From contig JAISNG010000110.1 of assembly GCA_031276365.1 (NCBI GenBank), forward strand, positions 1-35,139: 35,139 nt of DNA, in the 5' to 3' direction. Under the pieces are notes generated by a model. The model was given only the letters and a program-made list of their open reading frames with translations. It was not told the origin of the DNA and did no database searches. Of this stretch, positions 25,483-33,200 are shown piece after piece. The translations under genes were made by a program, and so were the position numbers. The DNA is from Campylobacteraceae bacterium (GTDB taxonomy: Bacteria > Campylobacterota > Campylobacteria > Campylobacterales > Campylobacteraceae). Numbering within the stretch: the stretch's first letter is position 1; every line of letters begins with the position of its first letter.

Positions 25483-25630
25483 TATAAATCCCTTGTGTCA
25501 ATCTCTTTACAATACTCTTTTGTCAAACAAGATAAAAACCCGCAAACTACCAAAATATCGGGGCTTGCTCGTCCCTCTTCGCTGAAGAGTGCGGGAAGGA
25601 CCCGAGAAATTTTTGTGAATGTGTAAAATC

Positions 25631-26224
25631 TCATTTTTTCAATCCTGTGTAGTAAGCAAGATGATGCTCAAAGCGATTATTGAATGTTTCCTGTGCTACA
25701 GACTGAAATACTTCTATGCCTCTTTGTCCAAGTAGCATGCCTAATGCCGGTGTGGTTGTGGCAGGTTTTATGTCGCGTTTGCCTCGTCCAATTCTTCGCA
25801 TAACAAAAACATTTCCACCAGATTGCATAACAAAGCCTCTATGCAAAGTTTTATATCCGCCCTCGTTGCGTTTAATTTTTACTCTCACGCCATAACGATT
25901 GGCGATTTTGATGCCTTTTTTAAACGCTTTCATCGTGCCTTTATCCACAAATGATATGAGATTTGGCGCGCGATAGAGCTGTTTCGGTTCAACTCTGAAC
26001 TCTAATGTATTTGTTCTGCTTGACTTAAGCGCGAGACGGCGTTTTAGCCAGCTGTCATTTGTGACATTGTATTCTTCACGCGCTATCTTTATTGCCGCAT
26101 TGGTCGCTTTTTTGCCCGCGTCGTTAATAGCGCGATTAGCAGCTTTTTTGATAGTTGCGGCGTTAAATTTATTGAGCTTTTCAATGATTTTTACATCGCC
26201 GACGATAACAACTCCATTTTTCAT
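25631..26224 (-). CDS. Lambda gpZ-like minor tail / tail completion protein
   Basis: 197 aa. LNKFNAATIKKAANRAINDAGKKATNAAIKIAREEYNV....KRRL and the basic middle region parallel lambda gpZ (LSRISKTAVPGAAAMAINRVASSAISQSASQVARETKV..KLVKERA). Confidence 0.5.
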   Translation of the reverse strand: MKNGVVIVGDVKIIEKLNKFNAATIKKAANRAINDAGKKATNAAIKIAREEYNVTNDSWLKRRLALKSSRTNTLEFRVEPKQLYRAPNLISFVDKGTMKAFKKGIKIANRYGVRVKIKRNEGGYKTLHRGFVMQSGGNVFVMRRIGRGKRDIKPATTTPALGMLLGQRGIEVFQSVAQETFNNRFEHHLAYYTGLKK

Positions 26225-27030
26225 GCTGCTTTCTCCAATAATTTCACTCTATCTTGCTGCAAAAGCTCTAAAAATCTTTCATTTGTAAGCGTGTAAAAGT
26301 TTTTATCATCACATATCAGCTTATTATCCTCTCTTTTATAAATGCCTTTAATCTCTTTACCATCAAGTTTTATCTGCACTCTGATGTTTAAATAATTTAG
26401 ATAAACCTGATTTTGCATAAATTTTACGAGTCCGAATGCTCTATTTTCCTTATAAGCTTTTTTATCGTTCAAATAAAACAAATATGCAAATCTCATATTT
26501 TTACAACTTATATTTTTATGCTTTTGGTACTCTTGATAAATTTCATGTTTTTTGCCTACTTGTTTATTTGACAACCTGCATCCGAAATACATATCTTCAA
26601 ATTCAGCGTCATAAAAACAAGCGGCGCTATTACTACTACTTATATTATTAAATTCTTCGGGGAACGGCTGGGGAATTGTATTTTCAGAATGCCAATTTTG
26701 TGGGGCTTCTTGCTGTATTTGAGTGGGGATTTGCTGGGGAAGGGCATTTTGGACAGACTTATAGTGTTGAACATTTTTTAGCATCCAGTGTGCAAAATAA
26801 ATCTCAATTTCTGCCTTAAATTCAATTATCCATTTTTTGGCAGTTTTGTGGTCTATTTTCCACGCACTCCCGTAAAATCTAAATGAATTAATCCTGTTTG
26901 CCTCCATATCGTCATAATAATCCATAAAGGCTTGCGCCTTTTCGCGCTTGCCTTCCCGTTTTAATTCTCTTACATAATCGCTCGGCATCGAAATATAGCC
27001 AAGCCTGTTTTTTTGTGTTTGGTTCAACAT
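26221..27030 (-). CDS. Hypothetical protein (AT-rich, two domains joined by a Q/P-rich linker)
   Basis: 269-aa ORF with an ATGA overlap with the downstream gene. No family recognised. Confidence 0.55.
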   Translation of the reverse strand: MLNQTQKNRLGYISMPSDYVRELKREGKREKAQAFMDYYDDMEANRINSFRFYGSAWKIDHKTAKKWIIEFKAEIEIYFAHWMLKNVQHYKSVQNALPQQIPTQIQQEAPQNWHSENTIPQPFPEEFNNISSSNSAACFYDAEFEDMYFGCRLSNKQVGKKHEIYQEYQKHKNISCKNMRFAYLFYLNDKKAYKENRAFGLVKFMQNQVYLNYLNIRVQIKLDGKEIKGIYKREDNKLICDDKNFYTLTNERFLELLQQDRVKLLEKAA

Positions 27031-27064
27031 GTTTTTTTATCCCCCCCTCGTGCATCGTTTGTTG

Positions 27065-28408
27065 TCATATAAATCCTTTTGAATATCCGCCCTGATAGGC
27101 ATAATCGCCCGTCGGATTATCATTTTGGAAACAACTGTGCATCCCGCAAAAATAGCACTCGCACATTCCAGCCTCGCCGTCCCGCGCTTTAGCTATTATC
27201 ATCTCCGCAGGCGCATACTTCGGTTCTGGCATGTTCGTATCCAATCTCTCATAGTAGCTTGCCCTATACGGGAATATTACCCAGCTCGCAAGTTCTTCGA
27301 TTGCAGAACTCTGCCCCAAGTCCGACAGACTCGGACGCTTATTATTCCTTGCTTCGTTTGCGCGATTGAGCTGGTGCAATACTATAGGCACAATGCCGTA
27401 TTCTTTTGCTGTTTTGATTATGCTTTTTAGTTGCTCGGCAATTTCATTGCTGATTTCATAACTGCCGTTACTCTTTTTTTTGATATGTTTGAGGTGGTCG
27501 ATGATCCAAACCTTAACATGCTTATTGTGCCTAAATACCTTGCCGGCTTTCGCACATAACTGTTCGATCGTTGGATAGTATAAAGAGTGAAGCACCAAGT
27601 TTTTACTATTCTTAAACTCATCAATTATTTTATTTGTATTAACATGATTGATAAACACACCGCGTTTTAAATCCTGAAGATTCTCGTTTGCTCTATTTGC
27701 GACAAGCCTGCGCACTATTTTAGAACCGCCCATCTCAAGAGAGTCAAACAGTACGCCCACACCATTCAAATCGCAATAATTTGCTATCGTGGTTCCTGCC
27801 GCAGTTTTACCCATCCCCGGGCGTCCTGCGATAACAACAAGTTCGCCGATTTCAAATCCCCCAGTTCTGTTATCCAGCGTTGTAATGCCTGTTTTATATC
27901 CCGTTATGCCGTCAACGGCATTCAAGGCATTTTTTACTTCCTGTTCAAATCGAACGGTAAAGTCCCGTATATTTTCTATCTGCGTTCCGATACTGCCGTC
28001 TATTATCTCGTCTGTTTGATTAGAGATAAAATCGGCTATTTCATGTATATCTATACTCTGTTTTGTTTGTTTTTTGATTTCATCGGCAAGCTTGTAAAAA
28101 TATCGATAACTTGCCTTTTTTTGTATATCTCGTATATAACTTGTAATGTCAGGCGTCCAATTCGTGGACATGATGTCCAACATCGCCTGTTCATTCCATT
28201 TGCCGCTTCTCATAAGCTCATTATGCAAAAAATCCTCGCTTATAGGTTCTTCTCTTGTATCAAGAGCTTGCATAGCCTCATATATATATTTATGCGCAGG
28301 GAGATAAAAATCAGATGGATTTAGAGGGTTATCTTCAAATAACACAGGATTGAACAGTATGCTTGCCAGTACTGTCCGCTCTATGTTGATATTGTGAAAA
28401 TTATCCAT
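27065..28408 (-). CDS. dnaB: Replicative DNA helicase, DnaB family
   Basis: 447 aa with a DnaB N-domain (IERTVLASILFNP...AHKYIYEAM) and Walker A AGRPGMGKT. Confidence 0.9.
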   Translation of the reverse strand: MDNFHNINIERTVLASILFNPVLFEDNPLNPSDFYLPAHKYIYEAMQALDTREEPISEDFLHNELMRSGKWNEQAMLDIMSTNWTPDITSYIRDIQKKASYRYFYKLADEIKKQTKQSIDIHEIADFISNQTDEIIDGSIGTQIENIRDFTVRFEQEVKNALNAVDGITGYKTGITTLDNRTGGFEIGELVVIAGRPGMGKTAAGTTIANYCDLNGVGVLFDSLEMGGSKIVRRLVANRANENLQDLKRGVFINHVNTNKIIDEFKNSKNLVLHSLYYPTIEQLCAKAGKVFRHNKHVKVWIIDHLKHIKKKSNGSYEISNEIAEQLKSIIKTAKEYGIVPIVLHQLNRANEARNNKRPSLSDLGQSSAIEELASWVIFPYRASYYERLDTNMPEPKYAPAEMIIAKARDGEAGMCECYFCGMHSCFQNDNPTGDYAYQGGYSKGFI

Positions 28409-28694
28409 GTGTAGTATTTTTCCATGCTAATGGTAAAATGAGATTGTCAATCTCCAAAATTCCAAAAATAGCTTTTTTTGCTCTCTCATCATGCGGGTTA
28501 AGATTATATATCGCGGTTTTACCATTGCGATAAAATTCAATCTCACTGTTCAAAAACTTTTCATGGAAGTTGATAAAAACAGTATTTTTTCTAACTGTTA
28601 CAATAATTACGGGGTTTAAATTGTACTCATCCATTAGATAATCACAAATTAAATTAAATATTTCCTGTGCGTTATCTTCGTATTGCTTACCCAT
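28401..28694 (-). CDS. Hypothetical early protein
   Basis: 97-aa ORF that overlaps the helicase start by 8 nt. Confidence 0.55.
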   Translation of the reverse strand: MGKQYEDNAQEIFNLICDYLMDEYNLNPVIIVTVRKNTVFINFHEKFLNSEIEFYRNGKTAIYNLNPHDERAKKAIFGILEIDNLILPLAWKNTTHG

Positions 28695-28863
28695 AAATTG
28701 CCTTTAAAAGTTTTTGCCGATTAAGCTCTATTTTATCGCTCGGGATAAAAAAACCTCTTAAACGCCTCTCCTCTCTTTTGTCATAAGTAACGGCAAATCC
28801 GAAAATCGGATAATCATCATCGTTTTGCCCGTAAAATGTCTCTACTCTTTTCTCAAATTTCAT
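28687..28863 (-). CDS. Hypothetical early protein (58 aa, below the ORF-track cutoff)
   Basis: MKFEKRVETFYGQNDDDYPIFGFAVTYDKREERRLRGFFIPSDKIELNRQKLLKAIYG. ATGA overlap upstream and an 8-nt overlap downstream. Confidence 0.45.
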   Translation of the reverse strand: MKFEKRVETFYGQNDDDYPIFGFAVTYDKREERRLRGFFIPSDKIELNRQKLLKAIYG

Positions 28864-29072
28864 TTTTTAGCCTTTTTCCATGCAATAAAAAATCTGCATT
28901 CCCATCGCCATATGTGTACTTCTATTTTTAAGTCCCACACATGTGGACAAATATCACAGCATTTTGGGCTGATGGATAAATCAATATCAAAACCAAATCG
29001 TCTGTAATCTTCACACGAATAACCCCAAAAATTCATTACTATCAAGAATCGCCAAAAATCAAAAACTTTCAT
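28860..29072 (-). CDS. Hypothetical Cys/Trp-rich early protein (70 aa)
   Basis: Start taken at MKVFDFW (RBS GGAGTGAGG). The longer ORF-track start at 29177 would overlap the upstream gene. Confidence 0.45.
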   Translation of the reverse strand: MKVFDFWRFLIVMNFWGYSCEDYRRFGFDIDLSISPKCCDICPHVWDLKIEVHIWRWECRFFIAWKKAKK

Positions 29073-29101
29073 TTCAACCTCACTCCATCCAGAGAGTTTT
29101 T

Positions 29102-29302
29102 TTATCTCTCTAAGCGTGCAAAAATTTTCAAGCCTTTTTCGGTTTTTTCGCTTAGTAGCTCGCTCATCAATTCGCACATCTTGTTTATAGCCTCGCCGAT
29201 AACTTTATCTGTCTCTTTGATATCGTCGAATATCTTGTCTTTCATTTTTTTGCCTCTAAAATCCAAAAAATAACACAACCCTTGTGTCGGTTCAATTATC
29301 AT
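29102..29302 (-). CDS. Hypothetical early protein
   Basis: 66-aa maximal ORF. A more likely start is MKDKIFDD at 29245 (RBS GAGG), giving 47 aa. Confidence 0.4.
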   Translation of the reverse strand: MIIEPTQGLCYFLDFRGKKMKDKIFDDIKETDKVIGEAINKMCELMSELLSEKTEKGLKIFARLER

Positions 29303-29368
29303 TCTCGTGGTATCACGGAAATGATTTTGAGTTTATTTTCATTTCAATACGCCCCGCGTAATTCGTAA

Positions 29369-29386
29369 CGGGCGGAGCTCCGCCCG
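29369..29386. repeat. 18-nt perfect GC-rich palindrome CGGGCGGAGCTCCGCCCG
   Basis: Seen directly. It is part of a GC-rich structured intergenic block in an otherwise AT-rich early region. Confidence 0.7.
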
Positions 29387-29440
29387 ATGGTTTCTCCTCC
29401 TACCAAAAAGGGGTTACAAACAATGCCTTGCAGTAACCTC

Positions 29441-29472
29441 CACAGGGCGCATAGGTGGTAATGCGCCCTGTG
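29441..29472. other. Perfect 12-bp stem / 8-nt loop hairpin (CACAGGGCGCAT ... ATGCGCCCTGTG)
   Basis: Seen directly. It lies 11 nt downstream of the stop of the 86-aa gene on the minus strand. On the plus strand, TTTTTATTTTTT follows 8 nt after the stem. Confidence 0.65.
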
Positions 29473-29483
29473 CAAGCTACTTT

Positions 29484-29744
29484 TTATTTTTTGTGCCTTT
29501 GTCCTTTACATTTTTCTATATCCTTGCACATCAAACATTCATGTTTTTTACACTGCTTATAAGTAACGCCAAATGCTCTGCGGTTATAGTTCTCTATCAG
29601 CTTACTTATCTGTTTGTCTGTCAAGCACTCATTTAATTCTTCAATTCTCGCACAGTCATCATCATCGCAAAAAGCCATAAAACGCATATTGTCACAATAA
29701 TACATAGTAAGTAAAAATTCGTCTCTTTCATTAACGACTATCAT
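29484..29744 (-). CDS. Hypothetical Cys-rich early protein
   Basis: 86 aa with 8 Cys, including HECLMCKDIEKC. ATGA-type overlap with the upstream gene. Confidence 0.5.
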   Translation of the reverse strand: MIVVNERDEFLLTMYYCDNMRFMAFCDDDDCARIEELNECLTDKQISKLIENYNRRAFGVTYKQCKKHECLMCKDIEKCKGQRHKK

Positions 29745-29980
29745 TTTTTTACCCTTTCTTGACCAATTTGATTCTCATTGGCTTTGTCCTTTTTGTCTGA
29801 AAACTTAAAAAAAGTTGTAAGATTATCTATCCTATAGACTGTTACGCCTCGTCTTTTAAGTCCCAAGTCATACCTTGGCTCTTCTATCGTCTTAAACAAT
29901 ACCCAAGCTAAGAAAAATAGTACAAGTACTATCAAAATGCTACTTGCTATAACCAATACAGCTAAAATTTCAATTGTCAT
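29741..29980 (-). CDS. Small single-pass membrane protein
   Basis: Start taken at MTIEILAVLVIASSILIVLVLFFLAWVLF (RBS AAGGAG). The maximal ORF at 30058 would overlap the Cro-like gene extensively. Confidence 0.45.
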   Translation of the reverse strand: MTIEILAVLVIASSILIVLVLFFLAWVLFKTIEEPRYDLGLKRRGVTVYRIDNLTTFFKFSDKKDKANENQIGQERVKK

Positions 29981-30164
29981 TTTTAACTTTACGCTCCTTG
30001 TATCTTTGTATAAATGGTTCCCACGCTTTAATCGGTATACCTCTATCGCGAAGCTCAAAAAGTTTTAAAGCAGTTGGAAGTTGTTTGGCTTCTTTTATTT
30101 TTTTGATACTATCGTTGGTATATCCATACTCTATAAGTATGCGTTGAATTTTTTCCCATTTCAT
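29970..30164 (-). CDS. Cro-like early regulator (first gene of the leftward early operon)
   Basis: 64 aa, divergent from the repressor gene across a 114-nt promoter region. It shows weak Cro/YdaS-like features (LPTALKLFELRDRGIPIKAW). Confidence 0.45.
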   Translation of the reverse strand: MKWEKIQRILIEYGYTNDSIKKIKEAKQLPTALKLFELRDRGIPIKAWEPFIQRYKERKVKNDN

Positions 30165-30202
30165 AAGCGAATGATAATTAAATTCCCTTAAAATAACTTA
30201 AA

Positions 30203-30210
30203 ATTATGCA
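30203..30210 (-). promoter_or_regulatory. Candidate -10 (TGCATAAT) of the leftward early promoter
   Basis: Reverse complement of attatgca, 39 nt upstream of the Cro-like ATG. Confidence 0.3.
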
Positions 30211-30221
30211 ATAAGAGAATT

Positions 30222-30247
30222 ATTTTCCCTAATTTTTGTGATAGAAT
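30222..30247 (+). promoter_or_regulatory. Repressor-gene promoter with extended -10 (TGATAGAAT)
   Basis: ATTTTCCCTAATTTTTGTGATAGAAT, 32 nt upstream of the repressor ATG (RBS AAGGA). It differs from 5066-5090 by one T indel and two substitutions. Confidence 0.5.
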
Positions 30248-30278
30248 TAGCTATTTTTAAATGAATTAAAGGATTTAG

Positions 30279-31067
30279 ATGAATAGTTTTAGAAAAGATT
30301 TTTTAAGTGAAAAAATACAAGAAACCTATGGAACAAATGCAAAATTTGTGGAAGCGCTGCGCAAAAATGGAATAGAAAAAACTGAAGATGCTATTAAAAA
30401 ATGGCGACAAGGCAATAGCGTACCAAAAGTAGGTGAACTTAAAGCTATATCAAGAACTCTTGGGATAGAAATACAAGAGTTATTTGAAGAACCCATTTTT
30501 GACGGCATAACTAAAGCAATAAAACAACTTGGCGAACCTGCAAGAAATATAAATAAATATTTTTCAGATATATCTAAAAAAATCACATCATTTACAGAAG
30601 GATTAAATTTTCACAATAAAGAAGTTGCAAATAATGACAATGGGAGGTTTGATATAAATATAATTTGCATACCAAAACTTTCTATCACTGCAAGTGCAGG
30701 AAATGGAAATAACCTCGAAAGTATCGATAAATTTGAAATGGAAGGCATATTGATAAGCGACGCAGATACGCTTAGACTCGATAATAATAAAAATTTAAAA
30801 GCTATAAAAGTAGATGGATATAGTATGATACCTGTACTTTTACCGGATAGTTGGGTAATTTTTAACGATGATGGAAATTTTAGAGGAGATGGGATCTATG
30901 TATTGAACTGGGACAATACACTTATGGTAAAAATTATACAACTTGCTCCAAACGGCAAAATAGAGATTATATCGGCAAACAAAGAATATAAAAGTTATAT
31001 TGTTGATTTAGAGGATTCACAAATAGCATTTAAAATAGTTGGCAGAGTTATAAAATCTATAATATAA
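30279..31067 (+). CDS. cI: CI-like phage repressor (N-terminal HTH plus C-terminal S24 LexA-type autopeptidase)
   Basis: 262 aa with an HTH region (AKFVEALRKNGIEKTEDAIKKWRQGNSVP). The S24 Ser motif is VDGYSMIPVL and the Lys motif is LMVKII. Confidence 0.85.
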   Translation: MNSFRKDFLSEKIQETYGTNAKFVEALRKNGIEKTEDAIKKWRQGNSVPKVGELKAISRTLGIEIQELFEEPIFDGITKAIKQLGEPARNINKYFSDISKKITSFTEGLNFHNKEVANNDNGRFDINIICIPKLSITASAGNGNNLESIDKFEMEGILISDADTLRLDNNKNLKAIKVDGYSMIPVLLPDSWVIFNDDGNFRGDGIYVLNWDNTLMVKIIQLAPNGKIEIISANKEYKSYIVDLEDSQIAFKIVGRVIKSII

Positions 31068-31075
31068 GACATAAT

Positions 31076-32011
31076 ATGAAGTGGGTAATAACTATAATTA
31101 TAGTTCTGATTGCATGTGGTTTGGTGTTTTACATTTTTGATAAAAAAAGAACAGAGAAAAAGCTTGGCAAAAAAATAACTTTTGATGAGTATGCAGAATA
31201 TGTAAAAATTGAGCAAAAGCAACAAAAAGAAGATATGGATAGAAAAGAGGAAGAAAGAGCGAAAAGAATATACGACAACGAGCTTAAAAATATTCGTGAT
31301 GTTTATAAAAAAATAACAGTTAAAAGAAACTTTGAAAGCATTACTTACGATATTCAACTTAAAAAAAGAGAACCCATAAAGCAACATACTGTATTTGTCC
31401 AAAAATACCCAAGGAAAGGCATACAAAGCCTACTTAAGCAATTTAAAAATGATTTTAGCAGCGACGATGATTATTATATGTATGGATCTACTCAAAACAA
31501 TCTTATTGGTTTACTCACAGAAAGGCTTGTAACGCATATTTTTGAGCAATATGCAGAGGATGGTACTAAAATAAGTTCCGATTGGGAAGTATTTTCACGT
31601 TTTCCCGTCGTAAAAGTAACAACGACTATTAAAAAAAATGGGATTGTTAAAACTGTCGCCACGACTACTAATTTTGTAAGCTATATGTCCATAAAAGATG
31701 CTATATATAAATCCTCAATTTCTGTTATTGGCAGTGAGATAGACAACCAAAATCCAAACGATTTTTATGCAGAGGCATTCTTGCAATTTAACACTGAAAG
31801 CAATGTAGATACTAATGAAATATTGGAATTATTTGAACAAGGAATGTCTTTTAATATGTATTTTGTCGGCGGCGCAAGCTATGAACAAATGCTGCAAACA
31901 AATATAACGGCGGAATACGGTAAGCTTAATCCAACAACGCACTATATTATCAATCCTATAGCCAAATCTCTCGACGCGCCAACTTTTGTAAAAAAGGTTT
32001 TAATTGGGTAA
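31076..32011 (+). CDS. Membrane-anchored protein of unknown function (repressor-operon cargo)
   Basis: 311 aa with an N-terminal TM helix (WVITIIIVLIACGLVFYIF), a K/E-rich coiled-coil linker and a ~200-aa C-terminal domain. No family recognised. Confidence 0.6.
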   Translation: MKWVITIIIVLIACGLVFYIFDKKRTEKKLGKKITFDEYAEYVKIEQKQQKEDMDRKEEERAKRIYDNELKNIRDVYKKITVKRNFESITYDIQLKKREPIKQHTVFVQKYPRKGIQSLLKQFKNDFSSDDDYYMYGSTQNNLIGLLTERLVTHIFEQYAEDGTKISSDWEVFSRFPVVKVTTTIKKNGIVKTVATTTNFVSYMSIKDAIYKSSISVIGSEIDNQNPNDFYAEAFLQFNTESNVDTNEILELFEQGMSFNMYFVGGASYEQMLQTNITAEYGKLNPTTHYIINPIAKSLDAPTFVKKVLIG

Positions 32012-33200
32012 AAAATCTTATAAACAGACAAAAATGTTTGCAGACTACCAAAGCAGTATCAGCAATGAGAAAATCGGGCATTTCAGTTTTAAAAGTATCC
32101 ATACAGAGATAAAACACTTGATTTTGAGAGAATGTATCAAACAGTCTGCAATAGTAGCCAATTACTTTGCAAAACTTGACAAAATCCCATCAAAGAATGG
32201 GCAAATTAAAAGATACTGTTATCTTGACTTTTACGCAGGTCAGGGTATGTTTGACGATGGGCAAAACGGCTCCCCTCTGATAGCATTAGAAACCGTGAAC
32301 AAACATATGACATGCATACCTGTATCTTTTGTTTTCTGCGAAAAAGACAAAGCCTCATATGACTCGTTAAATTCAATAACGAAAGACGAAAAAAATGTTG
32401 ATTGTTTTTGCGGCGCTTGGAGAGAAAATAGCCAACAGATATTTGGCGCATTTCATGTCTCTCAATGGGGATTTGCTTTCGTTGATCCGTTTGACAATTT
32501 TAAAACCAAAGAAGAATTTGATATGTTAATTGATTTTTTTTCGCAAACGACGCTAAAAGATATGCTATTCTTTTTTAATATCCAAGCTCTAAAAAGAATG
32601 TTTACAGACTATAGACAACAAGTTCTAAATTTATTTTCAGCAACAGAGGAAGATATAGATCGCGCTGAACATTTCAGTGATGGGATATTCTCCAAATTAG
32701 TTTTGGCAAAAGCAAAAAAAATGAAAAAAAAATTTATCGACGGTGCAGCTATACCAAACAGCACAAATGACAAGTTAAATGACAGCAATGCTTTCTATAT
32801 GATGTTGGTAACAAACAGTTCAGGAGTTATTTTTCCTTTTTATGAGGCTTATGCAAAAACTTTGGAACAGTACAAAAAATGCCAGCAAACAAGCCTTTTT
32901 CCCCAAATCAGCACAGGAGACAAGATACTATCTATATTGAGTAGTAGTTTCATAGGCTTGTCCGATTTATCCAAACAGCTGTTAAGCGAATTTGTTGGGT
33001 GGAAAGAGACAAATTCCATAGACATGTTACCAACAAAAGACAATATCTGCAATGCTATAAATAACCTCATAAAAGATGGTAGGGTACAAATACATTTTAC
33101 GGAAGATGGGAATAAATATGTAGATAAAAGCGGGCTGTTAAGAAAAACTGCATTTTCAAGCAATAGAGCCTTAGAAAATATCGCTATTGCAAAGCTATAG
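32004..33200 (+). CDS. tcmP: Three-Cys-motif partner protein TcmP-like (Rossmann/SAM-MTase-like motifs)
   Basis: 398 aa. HTEIKHLILRECI, YCYLDFYAGQGMF..GQNGSPLIALE and FAFVDPFD match my recollection of the TcmP family. It is adjacent to a DUF5131 gene, as that family is defined. The TTG start at 32004 has AAGG upstream; an alternative ATG is at 32034. Confidence 0.65.
   Translation: MGKKSYKQTKMFADYQSSISNEKIGHFSFKSIHTEIKHLILRECIKQSAIVANYFAKLDKIPSKNGQIKRYCYLDFYAGQGMFDDGQNGSPLIALETVNKHMTCIPVSFVFCEKDKASYDSLNSITKDEKNVDCFCGAWRENSQQIFGAFHVSQWGFAFVDPFDNFKTKEEFDMLIDFFSQTTLKDMLFFFNIQALKRMFTDYRQQVLNLFSATEEDIDRAEHFSDGIFSKLVLAKAKKMKKKFIDGAAIPNSTNDKLNDSNAFYMMLVTNSSGVIFPFYEAYAKTLEQYKKCQQTSLFPQISTGDKILSILSSSFIGLSDLSKQLLSEFVGWKETNSIDMLPTKDNICNAINNLIKDGRVQIHFTEDGNKYVDKSGLLRKTAFSSNRALENIAIAKL

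Noticed and set aside
25265-25501. 78-aa highly basic minus-strand ORF overlapping the terS start
   Set aside because: It is an alternative frame of the Nu1-like gene. The HTH-containing frame is clearly the real one.
28860-29177. Long forms of ORFs 28860-29177, 29741-30058 and 34130-34444 as given in the ORF track
   Set aside because: The N-terminal extensions are Arg/Lys-rich, overlap the upstream genes and lack an RBS. Internal ATGs with good Shine-Dalgarno sequences or ATGA coupling give more plausible shorter genes.
30995-31426. 143-aa minus-strand, extremely Phe/Leu/Ile-rich ORF that looks like a multi-TM protein
   Set aside because: It is the antisense reading of the Lys/Glu-rich linker of the 311-aa gene (AAA/GAA read as TTT/TTC). 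Its hydrophobicity is a compositional artefact.
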